From Candidatus Bathyarchaeota archaeon (lineage in GTDB: Archaea > Thermoproteota > Bathyarchaeia > TCS64): a stretch of DNA of 64,000 nucleotides. Both the position numbers and the translations under genes were made by a program. The stretch covers positions 6,821 through 70,820 of the forward strand of contig JBFYNQ010000076.1 in assembly GCA_041304265.1 (NCBI GenBank), read 5' to 3'. Of the stretch, positions 36,346 to 45,525 are shown one piece after another; position 1 is the stretch's first letter, and each line of letters opens with the position of its first letter. Below the pieces are notes generated by a model. It searched no databases and had not been told where the DNA came from. It saw only the letters and a program-made list of their open reading frames with translations.

Positions 36346-38016
36346 GTGAATGATGACATGCACGAGACAAAGATAGAAATTCAAAATGCACCGGAGTTCC
36401 CGATGTTCTGCTTCCAGTGTGAGCAGACGGCACAGGGCAAGGGATGCACACAGATGGGCGTCTGTGGGAAGAACCCCGAGGTCGCAGCACTCCAGGACCT
36501 ACTGATCTACGCCCTCAAGGGGCTGTCGGTAGTAGCCGTCGAGGGTAGGAAGAGGGGAATATACGAGAGGGAGATCGACCGTTTCGTCTGCGAGGCGAGC
36601 TTCGCTACGCTCACGAACGTCAACTTCGACCCCGAGCGCTTAGTCCCAATGATAAAGAAAGCAGTCGATTACAGGGACAGGCTCAACAAGCTGGTTAAGC
36701 TTAAGCTGCCCGAGGACATAGCGGCGTTCAAGCCGTCCGACGACGTGGCCGAACTTGTGAAGATGGGTGAGAGGGTCGGCATAAAGGCGGAGGCCGACGC
36801 AGGGGGTGACGTTCATAGTCTCCGCTGGACACTCATTTATGGGATAAAGGGGATCGCCGCTTACGCCGACCACGCCGCGATACTCGGGAAGGAGGATGAA
36901 GGGCTCTACGCCTTTGTCGAGAGAGGGCTCGCCGCCTCGGCTGACCCAGAGCTTGGGCTGAACGAGTACCTCGGCCTCGTCATGGAGGCGGGAAAGATGA
37001 ATCTACGCGCCATGGAACTGCTAGACCAGGCGAATACGGGCACATACGGTGACCCCACGCCGACGAGGGTACCGCTCGGCCACAAGAAGGGCAAGGCTAT
37101 ACTCGTCTCTGGGCACGATCTTAAGGACCTCGACCTGCTCCTCAAACAGACGGAGGGAAAGGGTATTTACGTCTACACCCACGGTGAGATGCTGCCAACG
37201 CACGGTTACCCGAAGCTCAAGGAGTACTCCCACTTCTACGGCCACTACGGCACAGCGTGGCAGAACCAGATCAGAGAGTTCTATACCTTCCCCGGAGCCA
37301 TACTTATGACGACCAACTGCATACAGCGACCAGCGCCTAGCTACATCAGTAACATATTCACCACAGGCCTCGTCGGTTGGCCCGGTGCACAGCACATCGC
37401 CGAGAAGGACTTCGCACCCGTCATCAAGAAGGCGCTAGAACTGCCCGGATTCACCGACGACAAGGAGGCGGGCTCAGTAATGGTGGGCTTCGGCCACAGC
37501 GCCGTCCTCAACGTGGCGCCAAAAGTCATTGAGCTCATAAAGGAGAAAAGGATAAGGCACTTCTTCTTGGTCGCGGGCTGCGACGGGGCAAAACCGGGGC
37601 GCAACTATTACACGGAGTTCGTAGAGAAGGTGCCAAAAGACTGCGTTGTGCTTACCCTCGCCTGCGGAAAGTTCAGGTTCTTCGACAAGGACCTCGGCGA
37701 TATCGGTGGGTTGCCTCGCCTGCTTGATATAGGGCAGTGCAACGACGCCTACTCAGCGATCCAGATCGCCGTCGCACTGAGCAAGGCGTTCGGCGTCGGC
37801 GTCAACGAGCTGCCGCTCAGCATGATACTGAGCTGGTATGAGCAGAAGGCGGTGGCGATACTGCTGACGCTGCTTAGCCTAGGCATCAAGAACATCCGCT
37901 TAGGCCCAAGCCTCCCCGCCTTCCTCACGCCCAACGTACTCAAGGTGCTCGTCGACAACTATAACATAATGCCGATTACGACGCCCGACGCAGACCTCAA
38001 GGCGATCCTCGGGTGA
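36346..38016 (+). CDS. hcp: hybrid cluster protein / hydroxylamine reductase
   Basis: N-terminal Cys cluster MFCFQCEQTAQGKGCT..GVCGK. Length ~540-556 aa. The start is uncertain (36346 GTG, 36358 ATG or 36403 ATG). Confidence 0.85.
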   Translation: MNDDMHETKIEIQNAPEFPMFCFQCEQTAQGKGCTQMGVCGKNPEVAALQDLLIYALKGLSVVAVEGRKRGIYEREIDRFVCEASFATLTNVNFDPERLVPMIKKAVDYRDRLNKLVKLKLPEDIAAFKPSDDVAELVKMGERVGIKAEADAGGDVHSLRWTLIYGIKGIAAYADHAAILGKEDEGLYAFVERGLAASADPELGLNEYLGLVMEAGKMNLRAMELLDQANTGTYGDPTPTRVPLGHKKGKAILVSGHDLKDLDLLLKQTEGKGIYVYTHGEMLPTHGYPKLKEYSHFYGHYGTAWQNQIREFYTFPGAILMTTNCIQRPAPSYISNIFTTGLVGWPGAQHIAEKDFAPVIKKALELPGFTDDKEAGSVMVGFGHSAVLNVAPKVIELIKEKRIRHFFLVAGCDGAKPGRNYYTEFVEKVPKDCVVLTLACGKFRFFDKDLGDIGGLPRLLDIGQCNDAYSAIQIAVALSKAFGVGVNELPLSMILSWYEQKAVAILLTLLSLGIKNIRLGPSLPAFLTPNVLKVLVDNYNIMPITTPDADLKAILG

Positions 38017-38360
38017 GCGCGTTGAAGATCGTCGAGGTGAAGGTAGCACAGACGGGGCAGAACCCCCACGGCGTAGAGTCCAAAAGTCTCTACAACACGG
38101 AGCACGCTACTGTCACACACTTGTCTCTAAAGCCGGGTGAGCAGTTGAAGAGGCATATCACCCCGACGGACGTCTTCTTCTACGTCCTCGAGGGTAAGGG
38201 CTTCGTTGAGGTCGGGGATGAGACCAAGGAGGTTGGCCCCGATACACTCATCGAGAGCCCGAAGGGTATTCCCCACTGCTGGTACAACAGGGGTAGTAAC
38301 CTCCTACGCTTCCTCGTCGTCAAAGTGCCACGTCAAGTGGAGCCGACGAAGCTTCTCTAA
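38013..38360 (+). CDS. cupin domain protein
   Basis: GTG start overlapping the hcp stop. Cupin motifs (H.TPTDVFFYVLEGKG...G...P.G.PH). Confidence 0.65.
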   Translation: MSALKIVEVKVAQTGQNPHGVESKSLYNTEHATVTHLSLKPGEQLKRHITPTDVFFYVLEGKGFVEVGDETKEVGPDTLIESPKGIPHCWYNRGSNLLRFLVVKVPRQVEPTKLL

Positions 38361-38412
38361 TTAGTTAAGTCCCACTCCCGCCATAAACACGATAAACACG
38401 GTTGATATTGCG

Positions 38413-38776
38413 GTGAGTAAGGTATCGCCTGACTTCACTCTCCTAGATCAGGACGGAAAACCGTTCACAATATCCGAGCAAAAGGGCAGGGTCGCCAGGA
38501 AACGAGCCATTATAGAGAAGCCTATAAGGACTTCACCGAGGCGGGCGCCGTTATTGTCGGAGTGAGCACCGATAGCCAAGTGGTTTATACAAAGTACAGT
38601 AATGCATACCTGCTCACCTTCAGCCTGCTCAGCGACAAGGGCGCGAGGTTAAGACCTACGGCATAGGTAGAGGCATCATCCCAGGGCATGTGACATTCGC
38701 CACTGATAGGGGAGGCGTGGTCCGCAATGCCTTCAGTTCACGGATCTACATGAATGCATATTTCGAATCGGCGTGA
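38413..38776 (+). pseudogene. Bcp-type peroxiredoxin pseudogene (internal deletion plus at least 2 frameshifts)
   Basis: Three-frame reading gives three pieces. VSPDFTLLDQDGKPFTISEQKGRV is in one frame. EAYKDFTEAGAVIVGVSTDSQ...FSLLSDKG is in a second. EVKTYGIGRGIIPGHVTFATDRGGVVRNAF is in a third. The VLYFYP..TPGCT segment carrying the peroxidatic Cys is missing. No ORF of 60 aa or more exists here. Confidence 0.7.
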
Positions 38777-38819
38777 TAAATCGTAAAGTCGGTGGAACAC
38801 TAAAAAAGGTAGGATAAGT

Positions 38820-39170
38820 TTAGAATCCGCCTAAGCTGACCCCTAGGATTGTACCGAGTACTATCGCGATTACGATGAAGATCACGACGGTGACGATCGC
38901 GACGGCAGCGGCCTTCCCCCAACCACACTCGTAATAGTGCTTGATCAGGTAGAGCGTGACCAGTAGCTGGGCAATTGAGCCCAGGATGCCTCCTAGGAAC
39001 ATCCCGATGACGCCGTTAACTACGCTGGAGATCACGACGATCATAATGGCATCTGTGAACTTAGCGTTGGTTGAACCAACGAGCATCCTGCCCGCAATCC
39101 AGAGGACGGGTGCCATGATGATAGCACCGGCGACTATACTTATCAGAAGCGATACTATGTCGAACTCCAA
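38820..39170 (-). CDS. small membrane protein (3-4 TM), hypothetical
   Basis: 116 aa, almost entirely hydrophobic helices. Confidence 0.5.
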   Translation of the reverse strand: MEFDIVSLLISIVAGAIIMAPVLWIAGRMLVGSTNAKFTDAIMIVVISSVVNGVIGMFLGGILGSIAQLLVTLYLIKHYYECGWGKAAAVAIVTVVIFIVIAIVLGTILGVSLGGF

Positions 39171-39231
39171 TCAGAACACCTGTTTTTAGTTTCGTCTCCA
39201 GTAATAAAAGCCATTACCTGTTTAACCGATT

Positions 39232-39669
39232 CTAAGTGTCGAAAACCACATTGACCTTGTATCCCTCGGAGGTTTTCTCCACTTTCATCATGTGGTATGT
39301 AACCGCCTTGACGGCGATGCCAACTTTGTGGGTCGCGGCGTTAAAGCGCTCGCCTCGCCCAGTCGCCTTGGCCTTTAGATTCTCCTCATCGATGTCAACA
39401 GCTAAGATCCGTGCCGTGAGACCCTCAGCGTCGTTTAGAAAGAGTATCTCGTCGAGAAGGTTGAGTATGAGTGACTGGAGGTCTGTGCCCTCGGCTTTAG
39501 CTGTGTATGTCTCCTTCTCGGCTATGCCCTCGAGTGGTGTAATGGAGTTGAGCATTCCTAGAGCGACATTTGCCACTGCCTCCCCTATGGTGTGACCTGT
39601 GCCCTCAACCAACAGGTCTGCGGGCGGCCCCCCAGGTGGATAGCTGTAACCAGGCATTTTTATTCCCAC
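39232..39669 (-). CDS. archease-like protein
   Basis: ADLLVEGTGHTIGEAVANVALGM corresponds to the HTADi..a.G.tleelf..aa.a region. The C-terminal VKAVTYHMMKVEK....YKVNVVFDT matches the archease C-terminus. The start may be the ATG at 39657. Confidence 0.6.
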   Translation of the reverse strand: MGIKMPGYSYPPGGPPADLLVEGTGHTIGEAVANVALGMLNSITPLEGIAEKETYTAKAEGTDLQSLILNLLDEILFLNDAEGLTARILAVDIDEENLKAKATGRGERFNAATHKVGIAVKAVTYHMMKVEKTSEGYKVNVVFDT

Positions 39670-41216
39670 TCTATTGTACTCGGAGGTTTATTTGTGACAT
39701 CATAGACGACCCTCGTTACCTCTGGAATGCCGTTTGTGATCCTTGTGCTTATACGTTCTAACAGGTCCCACGGGACGCGCGTGAAGTTGGCAGTCATAGC
39801 GTCCACGCTCTCGACTATGCGTATCGCTACCGTCCACCCGTAGGCGCGCTCATCGCCTTTGACGCCCGTGCTCTTCGTGTCTGTGAGTACGGCGAAGTAC
39901 TGCCACGGGACGCCGGCTATCTCCGACTTTTCGACTTCCTCAATTACGACGGCGTCAGCCTGTCTGAGGGCGTCGAGCTTCTCCTCGGTGACCTCGCCGA
40001 CTATTCTTACGGCGAGGCCTGGGCCAGGGAAGGGCTGACGCCAGACGAGTTCCTTGGGTAGTCCCAGCCTCTCACCCAAGGCGCGGACCTCGTCCTTGTA
40101 GAGGTCTTTGAGTGGCTCGACGACTCCCTTGAATTCCATGTGAAGGGGGAGGCCACCGACGTTGTGGTGAGTCTTTATAGTGTCGGCGTGGCGAGTGATG
40201 CCTGACTCTATCCTGTCGGGGTAGATTGTTCCCTGAACAAGGTAATCCGCACCGAAGCGGCGGGCTTCATCCTCGAAGACCCTGATGAACTCCTCTCCGA
40301 TGATCTTCCTTTTTATCTCCGGGTCGGTGATGCTCTTAAGGCGCTTTAAGAACCGCTCCTTGGCGTCGACAACCTTGACGTTGACGCCGGTGCGTTCCAT
40401 CGCCTCTTTGACCTGATGAGATTCGTTCATTCTCATGAGCCCGTGGTCAACGTGGACCGCGATGATCTTGTCACCGAGCGCCTTTCCAACGATGGCAGCT
40501 GCCACGCTCGAGTCCACACCTCCGCTGAGGGCGATGACGGCCTTACCATCTCCGACCTGCTTCTTGACGACCTCTATTCCCTCCTCAACGGCATCGACTG
40601 GGCGCCAGTTGGGTTTGCAATTGCAGATCTCGAAGACGAAGTTGCGGAGCATCAGGTCGCCGTGGGTGGTATGTTTGACCTCGGGGTGCCATTGTAGACC
40701 GTAGACGCCTCTCTCGGGGTAGGCGAAGGCTGCGACTGGGGAGGAGTCAGTATGGGCGAGGACGTTGAAGCAACTGGGTAGACTGAAGACCGTGTCACCG
40801 TGGCTCATCCAGACTGGCTCCTTGACCTCCATGCCTTTGAGTATGCCCTCAGCCCTGTCGATGTAGGCAGTGCGCGAGCCATACTCCTTGACCGTGCCCT
40901 TCTTGACATCTCCCTTGTTTATCTGAGCTAGGAGTTGGTGGCCATAACAGAGCCCAAGGACGGGGACACCGAGATTTAGAATCTTCTCGTCGAGTCTCAG
41001 AGCGTTCTGGGCATTAACACTGCTCGGGCTCCCCGAGAGTATAACACCCCTCAGCCTCATGACCTTGCTCAGCACTTTAACTTCATCCACGGAGGCGTCG
41101 CTGGGTAGAATCTCGGAGTAGACCTTCATCTCACGCACGCGGCGGGCGATGAGGTGGCAGTATTGGCCTCCGAAGTCGAGGATTACGATCCCATCGGGAA
41201 GCTGATCCTTGGGCAT
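39660..41216 (-). CDS. guaA: GMP synthase (glutamine-hydrolysing), fused GATase + ATP-PPase
   Basis: GATase region ILDFGGQYCHLIARRVRE, LGLCYGHQL, HPE. PP-loop SGGVDSSV. C-terminal IEWE. The ATG at 41216 is preferred. Confidence 0.9.
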   Translation of the reverse strand: MPKDQLPDGIVILDFGGQYCHLIARRVREMKVYSEILPSDASVDEVKVLSKVMRLRGVILSGSPSSVNAQNALRLDEKILNLGVPVLGLCYGHQLLAQINKGDVKKGTVKEYGSRTAYIDRAEGILKGMEVKEPVWMSHGDTVFSLPSCFNVLAHTDSSPVAAFAYPERGVYGLQWHPEVKHTTHGDLMLRNFVFEICNCKPNWRPVDAVEEGIEVVKKQVGDGKAVIALSGGVDSSVAAAIVGKALGDKIIAVHVDHGLMRMNESHQVKEAMERTGVNVKVVDAKERFLKRLKSITDPEIKRKIIGEEFIRVFEDEARRFGADYLVQGTIYPDRIESGITRHADTIKTHHNVGGLPLHMEFKGVVEPLKDLYKDEVRALGERLGLPKELVWRQPFPGPGLAVRIVGEVTEEKLDALRQADAVVIEEVEKSEIAGVPWQYFAVLTDTKSTGVKGDERAYGWTVAIRIVESVDAMTANFTRVPWDLLERISTRITNGIPEVTRVVYDVTNKPPSTIEWE

Positions 41217-41274
41217 TGATAGAGACAACTCGAATCTCTCTATATGGGTTTTGTTGCTCGGATATGCAACACGA

Positions 41275-42108
41275 CTATTTTGCGTATGCCTCAACAAGGT
41301 CGCGCGCCGTGATTATACCAACTAGCTCCTCTTCCTCGACCAAAGGTAGACGCCTGACGTGCTTGTCAGCCATGATGTAGGCGGCCTCGTAGACGCTTAT
41401 CCAGGCGGGGGCAACTATGAGCGGCGTTGAGGCATGATCCTTCACTGGACAATCTATGGATTTTCCCTCTGTGAGGAAGGTTGTGAGCAGGTCTCGCTCA
41501 GTGAATATGCCCTTCGGCTTGCCATTTGCGGTGACAATAACGCTCCCTATTCGCGCCTTTCCCATGATGACAGCGATGTCTGAGACCGATGTGCCCTCGT
41601 CAACGGACACGACCTCGGTAGTCATGTAGTCCTCAACCTTGACAACGGTCTCGGGGACGTCAGGGAGGCTTCTAATGAAGTCGGAGGCGGAGACAACACC
41701 CACTAGTTGTTCATTCTCCATGACGGCGAGGCGCCCCTTCCTCTTCATCATAATCCGAGCCGCTTCCTTTATGGGTGCCTCCATTGATATCGTGACGAGG
41801 GGCCACGACATCGCGGAGCCTACAGAGGTCTTCGCTGGGTCACGCTTTATGGCGAGTATCCCGCTGAGAAGGTCGCGTTCAGTCACTATACCTTTCGGCT
41901 TGGCGTCGGCCACGACGATGAGGCTGCCGATGTGCTTTTTCCCCATTAGCTTGGCAGCGTCTGCCATGGTCTTGTCGTCTGCAATTGTGACGACCTTGCG
42001 CGTCATGATATCCGCAACTTGCTTGAACTGGCGCATCTGCTCATACGCGCGGTCGAATACCTTGGGGAACTCCCTTCTCAGGTCTTTCACAAACTCCAAG
42101 GAACACAC
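41275..42108 (-). CDS. protein with four CBS domains
   Basis: Repeated CBS pattern, for example IMTRKVVTI...A..M....IGSL.V and TERDLL (x2). Confidence 0.7.
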   Translation of the reverse strand: MCSLEFVKDLRREFPKVFDRAYEQMRQFKQVADIMTRKVVTIADDKTMADAAKLMGKKHIGSLIVVADAKPKGIVTERDLLSGILAIKRDPAKTSVGSAMSWPLVTISMEAPIKEAARIMMKRKGRLAVMENEQLVGVVSASDFIRSLPDVPETVVKVEDYMTTEVVSVDEGTSVSDIAVIMGKARIGSVIVTANGKPKGIFTERDLLTTFLTEGKSIDCPVKDHASTPLIVAPAWISVYEAAYIMADKHVRRLPLVEEEELVGIITARDLVEAYAK

Positions 42109-42201
42109 CCATGAAATGACTGCTGAATCTACGTTGATATTTGTAGCGGTTACTAGCCCTCATATATTACGATTTAAGGGCGGGTAGAGCACGTTATACA
42201 C

Positions 42202-43434
42202 ATGAAGTCCATCAGCGTACCAGCCTGGGAGTGGTATCACTGGAAGCCCGAGACCATCACGTTCCCCGACCCATGGGACGTCCACGTCCAGAAGATGAAG
42301 GGGCACAACGCCAAGGCGCTGAAGCCAAGAGAGATCGATGATAAGGTACAGCACCCTATCGGCACCAAACAGCTCAGCGAGATCGCTAAAGGGCGGAGGA
42401 AATGCGTCATCATCTTTGACGATATGACCCGGCCCACCAAGACGACCCAGCTCATACCCGCCATAATGGGTGAGCTACACAAGGGAGGCATAAGGGATGA
42501 CCAGATAGTCTTCATGATGGCATCTGGCGCACACACGGGCAGGATGCTCTTCGACTTCCAGAAGAAGCTCGGTGAGGACATCTGCGAAAAGTACAACGTC
42601 TTCAACCACAACCCGTACGAGAGCTTCGTCGACCTCGGCAAGACCAGCCGCGGCACCCCGATACTCATCAATAAGGAGGTCATGAGCTGCGACCTCAAGG
42701 TCACAGTAAGCAGCATTATGCCCCATTTCGGTTACGGCTTCGGCGGGGGCAGCAAGATGATCCTCCCCGGAGTAGCTGCCGTCGAGTCGATAAGCTCCAA
42801 CCACGCCATACGTAAAGGAACAGACCCGGGAAAGGTAACCACGAACGAGCGCCGCCTCGACTCCGAGGAGGCGACGGAGAGAGTCGGAGTCGACTTCGTC
42901 GCACATGCTCTACTCAACGAGGCTTCTGACCCCTGCGATCTCGTCGCCGGCGACTTCATCGCAGCGCATCGCGAGGGGGTTAAGAGGGCGCGCGCCCACT
43001 ACGTCACAAAGGTCATTCCCGACGCTGACATCAGTATAGGCAACACCTACCCAATGGCAAATGAGGGCTACAAGAGCTACCACATAATGCTCGAATCCGT
43101 CCGCAAGGGCGGCGACATGGTCTATCTCATCTACACACCCGAGGGGTGCCGCGTCCACTTCTACAATGGCCGCTTTGGAACCGACTACGGAGGCGAGGGC
43201 TGGAAGCCCGATGTATACACTAAGAAGCCTTGGAAGATGAGACGCGTCATCTGTGTAAGCCCGACCGGCCTCATGAAAGCGGATGAGCATTACTACGGCG
43301 AGGGCTCGACGTGGGTAAAGAAGTGGGATGATGCTCTCAAACTCCTCGAAGAGGCCCACAGTTCCAATGCCAAGGTCGCCATTTATCCTTGTGCCTCAAT
43401 GCAAATTAGCGAAACCAACGCCGCCAACGAGTAA
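42202..43434 (+). CDS. LarA-like (DUF2088) nickel-pincer-dependent racemase/epimerase family protein
   Basis: Motifs IIFDDMTRPTKT, MMASGAHTG and MPHFGYGFGGGSKMILPGVA, characteristic of the LarA N-terminal domain family. Confidence 0.65.
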   Translation: MKSISVPAWEWYHWKPETITFPDPWDVHVQKMKGHNAKALKPREIDDKVQHPIGTKQLSEIAKGRRKCVIIFDDMTRPTKTTQLIPAIMGELHKGGIRDDQIVFMMASGAHTGRMLFDFQKKLGEDICEKYNVFNHNPYESFVDLGKTSRGTPILINKEVMSCDLKVTVSSIMPHFGYGFGGGSKMILPGVAAVESISSNHAIRKGTDPGKVTTNERRLDSEEATERVGVDFVAHALLNEASDPCDLVAGDFIAAHREGVKRARAHYVTKVIPDADISIGNTYPMANEGYKSYHIMLESVRKGGDMVYLIYTPEGCRVHFYNGRFGTDYGGEGWKPDVYTKKPWKMRRVICVSPTGLMKADEHYYGEGSTWVKKWDDALKLLEEAHSSNAKVAIYPCASMQISETNAANE

Positions 43435-43514
43435 CTCGCAAGGGAGTGCCCATCCAGCGGCTCAAACTTCAAATCCCACCGAAACAAGATCAACCTGCCC
43501 CTATAGGTGATTCT

Positions 43515-43934
43515 ATGAGCGGAATTATTCTCGTCCGAGACATCATGGCGAAAAACGTCAAAACGGTCCGCACCGACGACAGCGCACTCGACGCTGTCGT
43601 AAAAATGAACAAGTTCGACGTGGGAAGCGTCCTCGTCGTAAACGGAAACCGCCCAGTCGGCATCATCACTAGCAAAAACATACTAAGCCGTGTTGTAGAA
43701 CCGCGTCTCGACGCCGGCACAGTCCGGGCAAAGGACATTATGAGCGCCCCTTTAATCACAGTCGAGTCCGACACGTCGATCGAAGAAGCGGCAAAGGTCA
43801 TGGCTAAGAAGAGAATTAAGCAGCTCGTTATAATGGATAGGGAGAAGATACACGGGATACTCAGCACGAGTGACCTAGTCAAGGCGAACCCAACACAGCT
43901 CGGGATACTACAAGAACTCCTCAAGATCAGTTAG
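43515..43934 (+). CDS. CBS domain pair protein
   Basis: From ATG 43515: MSGIILVRDIMAKNVKTV...; two CBS repeats. Confidence 0.7.
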   Translation: MSGIILVRDIMAKNVKTVRTDDSALDAVVKMNKFDVGSVLVVNGNRPVGIITSKNILSRVVEPRLDAGTVRAKDIMSAPLITVESDTSIEEAAKVMAKKRIKQLVIMDREKIHGILSTSDLVKANPTQLGILQELLKIS

Positions 43935-44061
43935 CCCGATCGCGCTTCCTTCATAACTGATGACAAGAACGAAACCATCCTAATCCTCAGCATATTGATC
44001 CCCACCCACTAACCGTCCAAAGTTTTAACAATGCAACAGCCCAAGTTATAGACTGGTGTTT

Positions 44062-44604
44062 ATGGTAAGGACAAAGGATCTGTGGGAACGCCCAGCAACG
44101 AAGCCGACTGAGTACCACTGTGTAGAGGCGCACAGAGGACGCGAGTTCATAATCAGGATGACGACCGGAACCGACGTCTTCAAGGCGATCCAGCAGTTTG
44201 CCAAGGACAAGAAGATACGCTTCGGGAAGATACACGCAGCCTTCATGGGTGGCTTCAGCCCAGCTAAGATGTTTATGTGGACGCCCGACACCCGTGACCG
44301 CGCCAACTGGCACAACGAGACCGCCGCCAGCTTCGAGAACCTCAGCATGCTAATCAGCATGAGCGGCATGATACATACACGTATTGTCGACGGTAAGCCA
44401 GAGCCCTTCCCCGCCATCCACTACGCGATAGGCGGCGCCTGGGATGTCCCCACTGTTGGCGGGCACCTCGCCGAGGGCACCATAGTCAGGGGCGTCGTGG
44501 AGGTCTTCGTCACCGAGATACTCGGGATCGACGAGCTCCTACCCTCGAACTACGACCCCGCAAAGGACGGAGCCCCCGAGGAATGGTATAAGGAAACAAA
44601 GTAA
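44062..44604 (+). CDS. PPC/DUF296 domain protein
   Basis: REFIIRMTTGTDVFKAIQQFAKDKKIRFGKIHAAFMGGFS resembles the PPC (DUF296) fold signature. Confidence 0.5.
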   Translation: MVRTKDLWERPATKPTEYHCVEAHRGREFIIRMTTGTDVFKAIQQFAKDKKIRFGKIHAAFMGGFSPAKMFMWTPDTRDRANWHNETAASFENLSMLISMSGMIHTRIVDGKPEPFPAIHYAIGGAWDVPTVGGHLAEGTIVRGVVEVFVTEILGIDELLPSNYDPAKDGAPEEWYKETK

Positions 44605-44847
44605 CTCCCATTTTATTACGTAAAACAGCTATTTTATATGAAGGTTATATGCGATTAATTGACATTAATTTGGTAATGTTTTAAATACTTTATCAATAAT
44701 ATTCGCATATTAAGCTCTTTAAATATAAGGGTTAATTAGCCTCAGGTTATCATGTAAAATTTACGTGGATAAATTTAGGAATGCCATTTCTCTAGGTGGT
44801 ATATCGGTTTCAGTGCACGAGGAGAACCCTCGAAAAAAGGTGGAAAA

Positions 44848-45042
44848 ATGCCCGAATGCGAGATATGCGGTGAAGAATCTGACAAGCTCATAAAGTGCAA
44901 GTCATGCGGCGCTAAGTTCTGCGAGGACTGTGGCTCCCCCATTGAGAAGCTCTGCGAGTTCTGTGCCGAGGAGGACGAAGTCGACACGGAGGACCTTGAA
45001 GACGTTGATGAGGCAGTCGAGGAAGAGCCCGACGACGAGTAG
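44848..45042 (+). CDS. small zinc-ribbon protein with acidic tail
   Basis: CEIC-x11-CKSC-x5-CEDC-x9-CEFC, followed by a poly-D/E tail. 64 aa. Confidence 0.5.
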   Translation: MPECEICGEESDKLIKCKSCGAKFCEDCGSPIEKLCEFCAEEDEVDTEDLEDVDEAVEEEPDDE

Positions 45043-45116
45043 AACTCTCCTTCTCAGCCTCACTTTTAACGCTAATCCAAAAGCCTATTCGATGGGACTC
45101 ACGCCTTTTCTACAGC

Positions 45117-45473
45117 ATGTCCGATGATAAGACGAAGTACTGCCCCTACTGCGGGGCGCAAATAGAGAAAAAGTACTCCGTCTGCCCGAGCTGTGGAAAG
45201 CTACAACCAGACATACAAGGCACTGAACGACCGCGCATTCCCGGACGGAAAAACCCGATGCTCGCCACCTTCCTATCACTGATAATCACGGGCGCCGGCC
45301 AGATATACTTAGGGAAAATCGCGAGGGGAGTAGTCTACCTCGGAGTCGTCCTGCTCATCAGCATAACACTCGAGGGTATACTGACATTAGACGAGATGAT
45401 GCTCCTAGGCATAGCTATCTCAATAATCTCCGCGTGGGACGCCAACCGCCTCGCGAAGGCGATGAACGAGTAG
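45117..45473 (+). CDS. zinc-ribbon plus TM2-like membrane protein
   Basis: N-terminal CPYC-x12-CPSC. Then two TM helices with ITGAGQIYLGKIARG. Confidence 0.55.
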   Translation: MSDDKTKYCPYCGAQIEKKYSVCPSCGKLQPDIQGTERPRIPGRKNPMLATFLSLIITGAGQIYLGKIARGVVYLGVVLLISITLEGILTLDEMMLLGIAISIISAWDANRLAKAMNE

Positions 45474-45525
45474 TCCCCCGAACAGAGTTTTAAGACAGCA
45501 GCGCAGGATACAAGGGATACCGACA

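Noticed and set aside
43950-44010. Possible C/D-box sRNA starting at CTGATGA
   Set aside because: No D box or D' box occurs at the right distance, and there is no terminal stem.
44605-44847. AT-rich spacer as a replication origin
   Set aside because: No repeated ORB/mini-ORB-like elements were found. No orc1/cdc6 gene is nearby. The only repeat is a 7-nt direct repeat.
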